Below, piece after piece: positions 9,006 through 17,759 of a DNA stretch of 64,000 bases. The notes beneath the pieces are model-generated. The model was not told where the DNA came from, ran no database searches, and saw nothing but the letters and a program-made list of their open reading frames with translations. The stretch is taken from positions 56,984 to 120,983 of the forward strand of contig DATJWW010000034.1 of NCBI GenBank assembly GCA_035500835.1, given 5' to 3'. Both the position numbers and the translations under genes were made by a program. How positions within the stretch are numbered: position 1 is the first letter of the stretch; each line of letters opens with the position of its first letter. This stretch comes from Solirubrobacterales bacterium (GTDB taxonomy: Bacteria > Actinomycetota > Thermoleophilia > Solirubrobacterales > 70-9).

Positions 9006-10295
9006 CTAGCCGGCGACCGTCGGCCGGTGCTCGGGCCCGGTGGGGTCTTCGGCGCGGATCGCGTCGCTGCCCAGCTCGAAGGTCCGGTGCAGGGACTTGA
9101 CGGCATCGGGGACGCGGTCGGCGGCGATGACGCACGAGATCTTGATCGGCGAGGTGGAGATCATCTCGATGTTGATCCGTTCGTCGCCCAGCACCTCGAA
9201 GACCTTGGCGGCGACACCGGGGTGCGAACGCATCCCGGCGCCGACGATCGAGACCTTGCCGATCGCCTCGTCGGTCCGCATCTCCAGCGAGACGCCGTCG
9301 AGGCCCTCGATCACGTCGCGGGCCGTCGCCAGATCGGCGCGATCGACGGTGAAGGAGAGGTCGGCGAGCTGGTCGTCGCCGACCGGCTCGTTCTGGATGA
9401 TCACGTCGACGTTGACGTTGGCCTCGGCGAGGGCGCTGAAGATGCGGCCGGCCACCCCGGGCTCGTCGCGGACGCCGCGCAGCGTGACGCGCGCCTCGGC
9501 GTTGGAATGGGTGACGGCGGTGACGAAAGGTTGCTCCATGGTCTCTTCCTCTGAGATGACGAGGGTACCGGGGCCGTCCTCGAAGCTGCTGCGGCAGTGG
9601 ATCCGGACCCCGTGGTTGCGGGCGTACTCGACCGAGCGCAGCTGCAGCACACCGGCGCCCGAGGCCGACATCTCGAGCATCTCCTCGAAGGAGACCTGCG
9701 GCAGCTTGCGCGCGTCCGGGACGAGGCGGGGGTCGGCGGTGAAGACACCGGCGACGTCGGTGTAGATCTCGCAGACGCTCGCCCGGAGCGCCGCGGCAAG
9801 CGCCACCGCAGTGGTGTCGGAGCCGCCCCGCCCCAGCGTGGTGACGTCGCGGCTGTCGGTCGACACCCCCTGGAAGCCGGCGACGAGGACGATCCGGTCC
9901 TGGTCGAGCGCCTGGCGGATGCGGTCGGCGCGCACGTCGATGATCCGCGCCTTGGTGTGGGAGGAGTCGGTGACGATCCCCGCCTGCGAGCCGGTCAGCG
10001 AGATCGCCTCGTGGCCCATGTCGTGGATCGCCATCGCGCAGAGCGCGCAGGAGATCCGCTCGCCGGTCGAGAGCAGCATGTCCATCTCGCGGGCGACCGG
10101 TCGGTCGGAGATCTCGTGCGCCTGCTCGACGAGTTCGTCGGTCGTCTTGCCCCGCGCCGAGAGCACGGCGACGACCCGGCTGCCCGCTTCGCGCGCGGCG
10201 ACGATCCGCCCGGCGGCGCGTTTGATCTGCTCGGCGCCGGCGACCGAGGTGCCGCCGAACTTCATCACGACTATGTCCGAAGGCTGCCCGGCCAT
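9006..10295 (-). CDS. lysC: Aspartate kinase
   Basis: 429 aa with [10 protein letters not shown] at the N-terminus and two C-terminal ACT domains. An internal SD+ATG at 9539 could give a beta subunit. Confidence 0.93.
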   Translation of the reverse strand: MAGQPSDIVVMKFGGTSVAGAEQIKRAAGRIVAAREAGSRVVAVLSARGKTTDELVEQAHEISDRPVAREMDMLLSTGERISCALCAMAIHDMGHEAISLTGSQAGIVTDSSHTKARIIDVRADRIRQALDQDRIVLVAGFQGVSTDSRDVTTLGRGGSDTTAVALAAALRASVCEIYTDVAGVFTADPRLVPDARKLPQVSFEEMLEMSASGAGVLQLRSVEYARNHGVRIHCRSSFEDGPGTLVISEEETMEQPFVTAVTHSNAEARVTLRGVRDEPGVAGRIFSALAEANVNVDVIIQNEPVGDDQLADLSFTVDRADLATARDVIEGLDGVSLEMRTDEAIGKVSIVGAGMRSHPGVAAKVFEVLGDERINIEMISTSPIKISCVIAADRVPDAVKSLHRTFELGSDAIRAEDPTGPEHRPTVAG

Positions 10296-10316
10296 GCCAA
10301 CGAGGATAGAGAGGCC

Positions 10317-10547
10317 CTAGCTGCCGCCGAGGTTCCCCAGCATCGCCTGTTCGGCCATCCGGATCAGCCCGAGGCCGCTGTGCGGTCGCATGTCGCTGGA
10401 GCGCACGCGGACGTGCGAGCCATGCGGTCCGATCACCTCGACGATGGTGCAGACGTCGCCGATTTCGCAGTCGTCGCCGTAGTCGGCCTCGATCGCTTCC
10501 ATCTGCTCCGCCACGACTTTGCCGATCTTGCTCTGGTCGAGCATCAA
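10317..10547 (-). CDS. Hypothetical small protein upstream of lysC
   Basis: 76 aa of balanced, non-shadow-like composition (MMLDQSKIGKVVAEQMEAIEADYGDDCEIGDV...). Its stop lies 22 nt before the lysC start on the same strand. No family recognised. Confidence 0.45.
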   Translation of the reverse strand: MMLDQSKIGKVVAEQMEAIEADYGDDCEIGDVCTIVEVIGPHGSHVRVRSSDMRPHSGLGLIRMAEQAMLGNLGGS

Positions 10548-10642
10548 CGCCTCCTGTCAGTTCGCCGGTTCCGCGCCTGACGATAGGTGATCTGGCCGAA
10601 TCCACTTCAGATATATCTCGCTGATACATTGGGGGCTGAGCC

Positions 10643-11200
10643 ATGGACTCGCTCAGCCCGACCGCCTACGTGATCCTCGGCATGGTCCGAGAGGGGCCGC
10701 GTTCCGGCTACGAGATCAAAGCCGCGGTCGACGGCACCACCCGCTTCTTCTGGGCGGCGAGCTACGGCCAGATCTACCCCGAGCTGAAGCGGCTCGCCGA
10801 GGCTGGCCTCGTGGTCGGCTCCGACGCCCCGACCGGCGGCCGGCGGCGCACCGTCTACGAGATCACCGCCGACGGCGAGGAAGAGCTGAAGGCGTGGCTG
10901 CGGCGCTCGCCGGAAACCTACGAGATGCGCGAGGAAGGCCTCCTGAAACTTTTCTTCGCCGCCGCCCTCGAGCCGGCGGAGGCGGCCGAGATCCTCGCCT
11001 CGATGCGCGCCCACCGGCTCGCCGCCAACGCCCAGCTGCGCCAGATGAGGCCGATGGCGGAAGCGAAGCGCGCCGACGACAGCGACGACTACCCGCTGCT
11101 GGTGCTGGAGGGCGGGCTCGAGTTCACCGAGTGGTTCGCCGACTGGGCCGGGCGGGTCGAGCGGCTGATCCGGGACCGGGCGAAGGCGGCGAGGGCCTGA
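10643..11200 (+). CDS. PadR family transcriptional regulator
   Basis: 185 aa. The N-terminal winged helix YVILGMVREGPRSGYEIK...YGQIYPELKRLAEAGLV is typical of PadR. Confidence 0.85.
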   Translation: MDSLSPTAYVILGMVREGPRSGYEIKAAVDGTTRFFWAASYGQIYPELKRLAEAGLVVGSDAPTGGRRRTVYEITADGEEELKAWLRRSPETYEMREEGLLKLFFAAALEPAEAAEILASMRAHRLAANAQLRQMRPMAEAKRADDSDDYPLLVLEGGLEFTEWFADWAGRVERLIRDRAKAARA

Positions 11201-13347
11201 TGTTCGCGGGGTTGGCGAGGCTCGCCCAGCGCCACGCCCGGACGGTGGTGGTCGTCGCGGTCCTCTTCGCGATCGCCGCCGCGGCGCTCGGCGGCTCGGT
11301 CGCGGACCGGCTCGCCCCCTACGGCGCCGAAGATCCCTCGACCGAGTCGGTCAAGGCACAGGACCAGCTGCAGGAAGCGGGCTACCGCTTCCCCTCGGTG
11401 GTCGCCCTGGTCGAGCACGCCCCGGTGGCACGACCCTCGACCCGCGCCCGGGTCGAGGCACTCGAGCGCGAGGTGCGCCGCAACCCCGAAGTCGACCAGG
11501 TCTTCGGCTACTACGACACCCACTCGCGCGCCTTCGTCTCCGAAGACGGGCGCTCCACCTACTTCGCCGTCACCCTGAAACCGACGGGGGACAAGGAAAC
11601 CCAGGACGTCGGCGGCGAAATCGCCGAAACCCTGTCGGCCCATCCGGGCGTCGTCGTCGGCGGGGTGGCGGTGGCCCAGGAACAGGTGAACAGCCAGGTC
11701 GAGGAAGACCTTCAGCACGCCGAGATGCTCGCCTTCCCGCTCCTCTTCCTCCTCTCACTGCTCTTCTTCCGCAGCCTCGTCGCCTCGGTCCTGCCTCTCC
11801 TGATCGGAGGGCTGGCGATCGTCGGCACCTTCCTCATCCTCCGCGTCGCCAGCGAATTCGCCTCGATCTCCGTCTTCGCCCTCAACCTGACGACGGCGCT
11901 CGGGCTCGGTCTGGCGATCGACTACAGCCTCTTCGTCGTCTCCCGCTACCGCGAGGAGATCGCCCGCACGGGACCGGGCCCGGAGGCGATGCGCCGCGTG
12001 CTGGCGACGTCCGGGCGCACCGTCTTCTTCTCCGCGCTGACCGTCTCCGCGGCGCTCGCCTCGCTGCTTGTCTTCCCACAGCGCTTCCTCTACTCGATGG
12101 GGCTCGGCGGGGCGCTGGTCGTCCTCTTCGCGGCGCTCGTCTCCCTCACGGTCCTACCGGCGATCCTCACCCTGCTCGGCCCACGCGTGAACGCGGGTGC
12201 TCCCGCATTCCTCAAGCGCCGCGCCGAGCGCGACGCTCGCCCCGACGAGAGCGGCTTCTGGTACCGCCTCTCCCGCTTCGTCATGCGCCGGCCGATCCCG
12301 GTGGCGACGCTCTCGGCGGGCTTCCTGATCCTGCTCGGCCTCCCCTTCCTCGGGATCAAGTTCAACACCGTCGACCCCACCGTCCTGCCCGAGAGCGCCA
12401 GTGCCCGGATCGCCTATGAGCAGATCAACTCCGAATTCCCGCCCTACCGCGAAACGCCGATCGTGGTGTCCTACGCGGGTGGCTCTGCCGCGGGGGCACG
12501 CGCCTTCGCGGCGGAGGTGGAGAAGGTCGAAGGCGTCGCCGCGGTGGCGCCGCCGAAGCGGCTCGAAGGCGGGGTCTACGCGATCGAAGCGATCTCCGCC
12601 CACCCATTCGTCTCCGACCCCAGCCAGGACACGGCAAGGCTGATCCGCGCCCTGCCGGTGCCGGCGGGCGCCACCGCCCAGGTCGGCGGTGCCACCGCGG
12701 ACTTCATCGACCTGCAGTCGAGCCTGGCCTCACACCTGCCGATCGCCCTCGCGATCATCGTCGTCACCACCCTGGTGATCCTCTTCCTGATGACCGGGTC
12801 GGTGATCCTGCCGATCAAGTCGCTGATCATGAACGCGCTCAACCTCAGCGCGGTCTTCGGCCTCCTCGTCCTGATCTTCCAGGACGGCCGGCTGGAAGGG
12901 GTGCTCGATTATTCGAGCCCCGGCGCGATCGAGCAGACGATGCCGATCCTGTTGTTCGCTGTGGCCTTCGGCCTCTCCACCGACTACGCGGTCTTCCTCC
13001 TCTCGCGGATCAAGGAGGCCCGCGACGCCGGCGCCTCGGACTCCGAGTGCGTGGCGATCGGGCTCGAGCGGACCGGCCGCATCGTCACCGCCGCGGCGCT
13101 CCTCTTCGCCGTCGCGATGTTCGCCTTCGCCACCTCGAAGATCATCTTCATCAAGGAGAACGGGGTCGGCACGGCGCTGGCGGTGCTGATCGACGCCTCG
13201 ATCGTCCGCGCCCTCCTGGTGCCGGCGCTGATGGAGCTGCTCGGCAAGTGGAACTGGTGGGCACCGGCCCCCCTGCGACGCCTCCACGAGCGCTTCGGGA
13301 TCAGTGAGGAGCCGGTCGAGCCGGAGCCGGCTTCCGCTCTTTCTTGA
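11200..13347 (+). CDS. MMPL family RND-type transporter
   Basis: ATG 11200 overlaps the PadR stop (ATGA). About 715 aa with two TM bundles separated by soluble domains, as in MMPL proteins. The upstream part of the ORF-track frame was rejected. Confidence 0.88.
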   Translation: MFAGLARLAQRHARTVVVVAVLFAIAAAALGGSVADRLAPYGAEDPSTESVKAQDQLQEAGYRFPSVVALVEHAPVARPSTRARVEALEREVRRNPEVDQVFGYYDTHSRAFVSEDGRSTYFAVTLKPTGDKETQDVGGEIAETLSAHPGVVVGGVAVAQEQVNSQVEEDLQHAEMLAFPLLFLLSLLFFRSLVASVLPLLIGGLAIVGTFLILRVASEFASISVFALNLTTALGLGLAIDYSLFVVSRYREEIARTGPGPEAMRRVLATSGRTVFFSALTVSAALASLLVFPQRFLYSMGLGGALVVLFAALVSLTVLPAILTLLGPRVNAGAPAFLKRRAERDARPDESGFWYRLSRFVMRRPIPVATLSAGFLILLGLPFLGIKFNTVDPTVLPESASARIAYEQINSEFPPYRETPIVVSYAGGSAAGARAFAAEVEKVEGVAAVAPPKRLEGGVYAIEAISAHPFVSDPSQDTARLIRALPVPAGATAQVGGATADFIDLQSSLASHLPIALAIIVVTTLVILFLMTGSVILPIKSLIMNALNLSAVFGLLVLIFQDGRLEGVLDYSSPGAIEQTMPILLFAVAFGLSTDYAVFLLSRIKEARDAGASDSECVAIGLERTGRIVTAAALLFAVAMFAFATSKIIFIKENGVGTALAVLIDASIVRALLVPALMELLGKWNWWAPAPLRRLHERFGISEEPVEPEPASALS

Positions 13348-13416
13348 GTAAAAGTCGGGGTATTCACGACTCCGTCACAGGAGTGGGCCGGCGGTCCCGT
13401 TAGATCGGGGACCGAC

Positions 13417-14232
13417 TTGCACTACATCCTCTTAGCCCTGCTCGGCCTCGTCATCGGCGCCTTCGGCACCCTGGTCGGCGCCGGCGGCGGTTTCATCCTC
13501 ACCCCGGTCCTGCTGATCCTCTACCCGGAACTGACCCCGGCCCAGATCACCTCGATCAGCCTCCTCGTCGTCTTCTTCAACGCGCTCTCGGGCTCGATCG
13601 CCTACGCCCGGATGCGGCGCATCGACTATCGCTCCGGCCTCCGCTTCGCCGCCGCCGGCATCCCCGGCTCGATCCTCGGCGCGCTCGCCGTCCACTACGT
13701 CCCGACCCACGTCTTCGACCTGATGATGGCGGTGGTCCTGGCGGTCCTCTCGCTGGTGGTGGTCCGGCTGCGTCCTCACCATGAACGCGCGGCGCCACGC
13801 GGCCACACCACACTGCGCGAGCTCGTCGACGCCCACGGCGACGTCTACCGCTATCGGGTGCCGCTCGCCCGCGGCACGCTCTACAGCGCCGGCGTCGGGT
13901 TCCTCTCCAGCTTCCTCGGGATCGGCGGCGGGGTCATCCACGTGCCGCTGATGGCCGGGGCGCTCGGCTTCCCCACCCACATCGCGACGGCGACCTCGCA
14001 CTTCGTCCTGGTCTGGATATCGGGGACGGCGAGCGCGACGCACCTGATCGGCGGCACGCTCACGGTCGGTCACGGCCTGAGGCGGGCGATCGCCCTTTCG
14101 ATCGGGGTGCTGCCGGGGGCCCAGTTGGGAGCCCGCCTGTCGCGCCGCTTCACCGGCCCGACCATCCGCAGGTTCCTCGGCGTCGCGCTGCTCGCTCTCG
14201 CCTTGCGCCTGCTCGTCTCGGCCGCTTCCTGA
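13417..14232 (+). CDS. TauE/SafE (DUF81) family anion exporter
   Basis: 271-aa polytopic protein with repeated Gly motifs GAGGGFILTP and GIGGGVIHVP. TTG start. Confidence 0.8.
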   Translation: MHYILLALLGLVIGAFGTLVGAGGGFILTPVLLILYPELTPAQITSISLLVVFFNALSGSIAYARMRRIDYRSGLRFAAAGIPGSILGALAVHYVPTHVFDLMMAVVLAVLSLVVVRLRPHHERAAPRGHTTLRELVDAHGDVYRYRVPLARGTLYSAGVGFLSSFLGIGGGVIHVPLMAGALGFPTHIATATSHFVLVWISGTASATHLIGGTLTVGHGLRRAIALSIGVLPGAQLGARLSRRFTGPTIRRFLGVALLALALRLLVSAAS

Positions 14233-15974
14233 GCTTCTTCTTCCGGTGCGACGAAGAGCGAGGGGCTGAGCGTCGGCACTTCTTCTTCCGCCGCGAAGCC
14301 GACCGGTTCGACGCCGAACATCGTCGCCAGCGTCTTCAGCAGCGTGAAGTGGTTGCCGTATTCGGCTTCGGCCACGGTGCCGGGTTCGACCAGCGGCGAG
14401 ATCAGCAGCAGCCCGACCTTGCCGCCGCCACCGGTTTCGGTCACCGATTCTTCGCTGTAGGCGGTGGGTTCGGCTTCTGCTTCGGTCGTCGCGGTCGAGG
14501 ATTTCTTTCCCGAGGTCGCCTTCTTGGTGGTCGTCCCGGCCGACGGGAGGTTCGGGAACTGCGGCGCCAGACAGCAGCCACTTGGGTCCGCCCCTTCGCC
14601 CGTCTGCGGCGCCTGCGCCGAGGTGATCATGATCAGGCCGCCGCCTTCTTCGTAGGCCGGTGAGGCCATGATCGCCGGGACCAACGTCTTCAGCAGCGCG
14701 GCGACGCCGCGGGCGCCTTTCGGCGCGCCCGGTTCGCATTCGAGTTCGCCGCCCGCGTGGCAGGCATCGGGGTAGATCAGCGAGAGCGCGGGCGTCTTCT
14801 TCTTCGACTTGAGGTCGCGAGTGAGCGCTTCGAAGCCGACGTCGAGCTTGCCGCATTCTGGGCTTTCGGCGATCGCCCGGAAGTAGACGACCGGGTTGCG
14901 CCAGGTCACGAACTGGTCGCCGACGACCGGAGTCTGGGCCGGATCGGGCGTGTTCAGGGTCGGTTTGCGACAGGTGGTCGGCCAGCCCGCGGCGGCCCCG
15001 TTTTCCATGTCCTCGACATAGGCCCGCCAGGTGACTTCTTCTTCTCCGAGCTCGGTCGGCAGCGATTTGACCGTTTCGGCGTAGACGCAGCCGGTGCCTT
15101 CGACCTGTTCGGCGGTTTCGGCGACGGTGCCGGGCAGGATTTCGTCGTAATTGGGGCAGTTGACCGCGGTTTCCTGGGTCGGCCCCTGCCCGCTCAGCAT
15201 CGCGATCTGGTTGGCGAGGACGCCACCGGTGACGCCATAGTAGTTGGGGATCAGCTCGCCCTTCTTGGGCAGCGTCTTCGAGGTGTAGGCGGCTTCGCCG
15301 GTCCCGCCGAAGAGGCTTTCGTAGCTGTTTTCGCCGAGCACGATCAGCCAGGCGTGTCTGACTTCGGGCAGTTCTTCTTCTTCGAGGAAGTTTTCGCCTT
15401 CTTCTTCCGGGTTGAATTCGGCCGGCGGCGGCTGACCGTCGAGTTCTTCTTCGCCTTCCGGCAGCGGTTCGAAGGGGGCTTCTTCCGGCAGCGGTTCGAA
15501 GGGGATCGCTTCCGGCGCAGTTTCGACCGGCGCTGCGGCAATCGCTTCTTCTTCGACTTCTTCTTCCGGTTCTTCGGCGGGCGGCGCTTCGGTCGCGTGG
15601 TGGGGGTAGACGAGGAGGATCGTCTGCAGTGGCGCCGACTCGGCGATTTCGCTCATCGCCGAACCGAGCCCGACGCCGAGCGCCAGCATGCCGATCACCG
15701 CGATCGCGATCGCCGGCGGCGAGGGCATCCAGGACCAGCCGCCCTCCTCACCGTCGCCCCCTTTCGACTTCGGCAGCTTGGCGCCGGCCGCCGCCGCGAC
15801 GCCCCTGCCTTTGCTCGAGAGCGCCGCGAGGGTGCCGGCCACCGCCCCGGGCAGACGACCGCGCCGCGCGCCACAGCTCAGGCAGTAGCGTTGGTCCGGC
15901 GCGAGGGGGCTGCCGCACTCACTGCAGTTCCCCTGCCCCGGCCCGGGGATCTGTTCGTCTTCGCGGTCGGCCAC
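14070..15974 (-). CDS. Zinc-ribbon / single-TM / extracytoplasmic phosphoesterase-family (AcpA/PlcC-like) protein
   Basis: 634 aa: N-terminal CSECGSPLAPDQRYCLSCGARRG, a TM (AIAIAVIGMLALGVGLG), an acidic Pro/Glu linker containing PFEPLPE repeats, then a phosphoesterase-like core (AWLIVLGENSYE, PNYYGVTGGVLANQIAMLSGQ). The last 163 nt overlap the TauE 3' end. Confidence 0.7.
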   Translation of the reverse strand: MADREDEQIPGPGQGNCSECGSPLAPDQRYCLSCGARRGRLPGAVAGTLAALSSKGRGVAAAAGAKLPKSKGGDGEEGGWSWMPSPPAIAIAVIGMLALGVGLGSAMSEIAESAPLQTILLVYPHHATEAPPAEEPEEEVEEEAIAAAPVETAPEAIPFEPLPEEAPFEPLPEGEEELDGQPPPAEFNPEEEGENFLEEEELPEVRHAWLIVLGENSYESLFGGTGEAAYTSKTLPKKGELIPNYYGVTGGVLANQIAMLSGQGPTQETAVNCPNYDEILPGTVAETAEQVEGTGCVYAETVKSLPTELGEEEVTWRAYVEDMENGAAAGWPTTCRKPTLNTPDPAQTPVVGDQFVTWRNPVVYFRAIAESPECGKLDVGFEALTRDLKSKKKTPALSLIYPDACHAGGELECEPGAPKGARGVAALLKTLVPAIMASPAYEEGGGLIMITSAQAPQTGEGADPSGCCLAPQFPNLPSAGTTTKKATSGKKSSTATTEAEAEPTAYSEESVTETGGGGKVGLLLISPLVEPGTVAEAEYGNHFTLLKTLATMFGVEPVGFAAEEEVPTLSPSLFVAPEEEAQEAAETSRRKARASSATPRNLRMVGPVKRRDRRAPNWAPGSTPIERAIARLRP

Positions 15975-16082
15975 GCTTGGACGTGATTATGCGGACAAGG
16001 TGGTTCCGCTGTTGTAAAAATTTTGCATCGATGGTGCGGCGGCGCCGAATACCCATCACAGGCCCATTCACAACTCTTAAAC

Positions 16083-16862
16083 ATGGCTGACGATCCGGCA
16101 TCTGAAGATGCGCGCGTGAGTGCCGGTCCCGAGCGAACCGAGCCGGCGGTCCCGGCTCCTCCCACGCCTCCGACCCAGCAGGCTGCCGAGCCGGTGGTCG
16201 GGCCGTCGATGGCCGCTTTCGGCGGCCACGACAACTGCCCCAACTGCGGCGCGCGGATGGCGGCGGACCAGCGCTACTGCCTGAACTGCGGCCATCGCCG
16301 CGGCGACCCGCGGCTGCCGTTCATGGATGCCGTCGTCTTCATGGAGTCGATGAACGCGCCCGCGGGGGGCGCCACGCCTCCCCCACCGCCCGACGAATCG
16401 AAATCCTCCAATCGGATGAACGCGAACGCCGCCCTGATCGCGGGCGTCGCGACGCTGGTGCTGGCGATCGGCGTCGGCTTCTTGATCGGCAGGTCAGGCC
16501 ACGACAACTCCTCTCAGCCCGCGGCGCCGCAGATCATCAAGGTCGGTGGCGGCGGGGAAGGCGGCGAAGTCGAAGAATCGACCGCACCCGAAACCGAAAC
16601 GGGAGGTGCCGAAACCAAGGCGGGTGGCGAAAAGGGCGGCGGCTCGAGCGCAACCTCGAGCAATCCGTCGAAGGGCAAGGGCACCAAGGAAACCGAAGAA
16701 AACGCCGAAGAAGGCGCCAACGGCGTGTCCAAGGCGACCGAAGAAGTCCTGCATCCCGAAACCCCGCAGGCAAAGACCGGCACCCAGGTCGGCGAAAGCT
16801 GCGAAGAAGGAACCGCCGGCTGCGAAAACGGCAAGTTCGAAGGTAATTTCTTCGGCGAATGA
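16083..16862 (+). CDS. Zinc-ribbon / single-TM protein with a Gly/Glu/Lys-rich extracytoplasmic tail
   Basis: CPNCGARMAADQRYCLNCGHRRG followed by a TM (ALIAGVATLVLAIGVGFLIG). ATG 16083 preferred over the longer ORF-track start at 16023. Confidence 0.6.
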   Translation: MADDPASEDARVSAGPERTEPAVPAPPTPPTQQAAEPVVGPSMAAFGGHDNCPNCGARMAADQRYCLNCGHRRGDPRLPFMDAVVFMESMNAPAGGATPPPPPDESKSSNRMNANAALIAGVATLVLAIGVGFLIGRSGHDNSSQPAAPQIIKVGGGGEGGEVEESTAPETETGGAETKAGGEKGGGSSATSSNPSKGKGTKETEENAEEGANGVSKATEEVLHPETPQAKTGTQVGESCEEGTAGCENGKFEGNFFGE

Positions 16863-17347
16863 GATTCCCCGGCTCGAAAAAACCAGCCACCAACGGCGCC
16901 CTCAAATCGCCGCCGCCTCCCGGTGCGCCGCCGCCGAGCGCCCCACCTTCGATCTCTCCGCCCGGCACGGTCCGCGCCGGCGGCCCGCCCCCGGGCAAAA
17001 GCCTCGGCTCGGCCCAGGGCGAGGAGTTCATGGTCGACCTCAAACGGCGCCGCGAGCAGCTGGTCGCCAGGGTCGCCGAGCTGCAGTGGGATCTCGGCGG
17101 GCTGACCTATGAGATGGCGATCCGCAACAGCATCCGGGTCGAGGTGCTGGTCAAGCGGGCAGCCGAGCTGCAGGACGCCGACGCCGAACTGAACGAGGTC
17201 GAACGCATCCTCCGCATGGAGGAGTCGGCGACCGCCGGCTCCTGCCCCTCCTGTGGTGCCCCTCACTCGAGCGGCGCCACCTTCTGCTGGCAGTGCGGCA
17301 AACCTTTGCTTGAACAGGTCTCCGGCGACACGATCGTCAAACGGTAG
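16859..17347 (+). CDS. Pro-rich / coiled-coil protein with a C-terminal zinc ribbon
   Basis: The ATG overlaps the upstream stop (ATGA at 16859-16862). GC3 stays high through the Pro-rich N-terminus. C-terminal CPSCGAPHSSGATFCWQCG. An alternative start is ATG 17030. Confidence 0.55.
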   Translation: MRFPGSKKPATNGALKSPPPPGAPPPSAPPSISPPGTVRAGGPPPGKSLGSAQGEEFMVDLKRRREQLVARVAELQWDLGGLTYEMAIRNSIRVEVLVKRAAELQDADAELNEVERILRMEESATAGSCPSCGAPHSSGATFCWQCGKPLLEQVSGDTIVKR

Positions 17348-17356
17348 GAGAGCTCC

Positions 17357-17731
17357 GAGGAGGGGCTTCCGGCAGGCGTCTCTCTCAACCCGTCGGGAAG
17401 GGGAGTGGTGGAGCTGGCGCCCGGGATGTGCTCTGGCCCTCTGGGTACAAGCCGTTCGACGCCTGCCGGAACCCCCTCTCACAGGCCGGAGAGTCGCGAC
17501 GATCGTCCCTTGGGTTTTTCAGCTGGAAGGGATGAGGCGCCCCCGCCTCGAGCTTGGCCGGAGGGACGATGGCCGGCCGTGCCCTCGCCTGGGCGCGCGT
17601 GCCCAACTCCTACACGGGCGATCTCGGGCAGGGGTCGAGCGTCTTGTACCCAGAGGGCCAGAGCGCCGAGGGGCGCCAGCTCCACCACTCCCCTTCCCGA
17701 CGGGTTAAGCGGAACCCTGCCCGGGATCGCC
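17357..17731. repeat. Pair of inverted ~120-nt stem-closed elements
   Basis: Cores 17387-17450 and 17644-17706 are reverse complements, identical over 36 nt plus 20 nt. Each is enclosed by its own closing stem: 17357-17380/17458-17480 and 17617-17636/17711-17731. Confidence 0.85.
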
Positions 17732-17759
17732 CTGGCCCGAGCCTCAGGTGGCGCTCTTT

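Noticed and set aside
10296-10642. Lysine riboswitch or attenuator upstream of lysC.
   Set aside because: The space is occupied by a 76-aa ORF. I could not recognise L-box conserved elements in the remaining 95 nt, and PadR-type ATGT-N8-ACAT sites were not convincing either.
16023-16082. Longer start (16023) for the second zinc-ribbon gene.
   Set aside because: The extra 20 codons (HRWCGGAEYPSQAHSQLLN) lie in the AT-rich divergent promoter and have poor GC3. ATG 16083 is preferred, though without certainty.
17253-17708. ORFs 17253-17708 (plus) and 17385-17606 (minus), which end in the same peptide ...APAPPLPFPTG.
   Set aside because: The shared peptide is an artefact of the inverted repeat. 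Both are Arg/Pro-rich and lie in the convergent intergenic gap.
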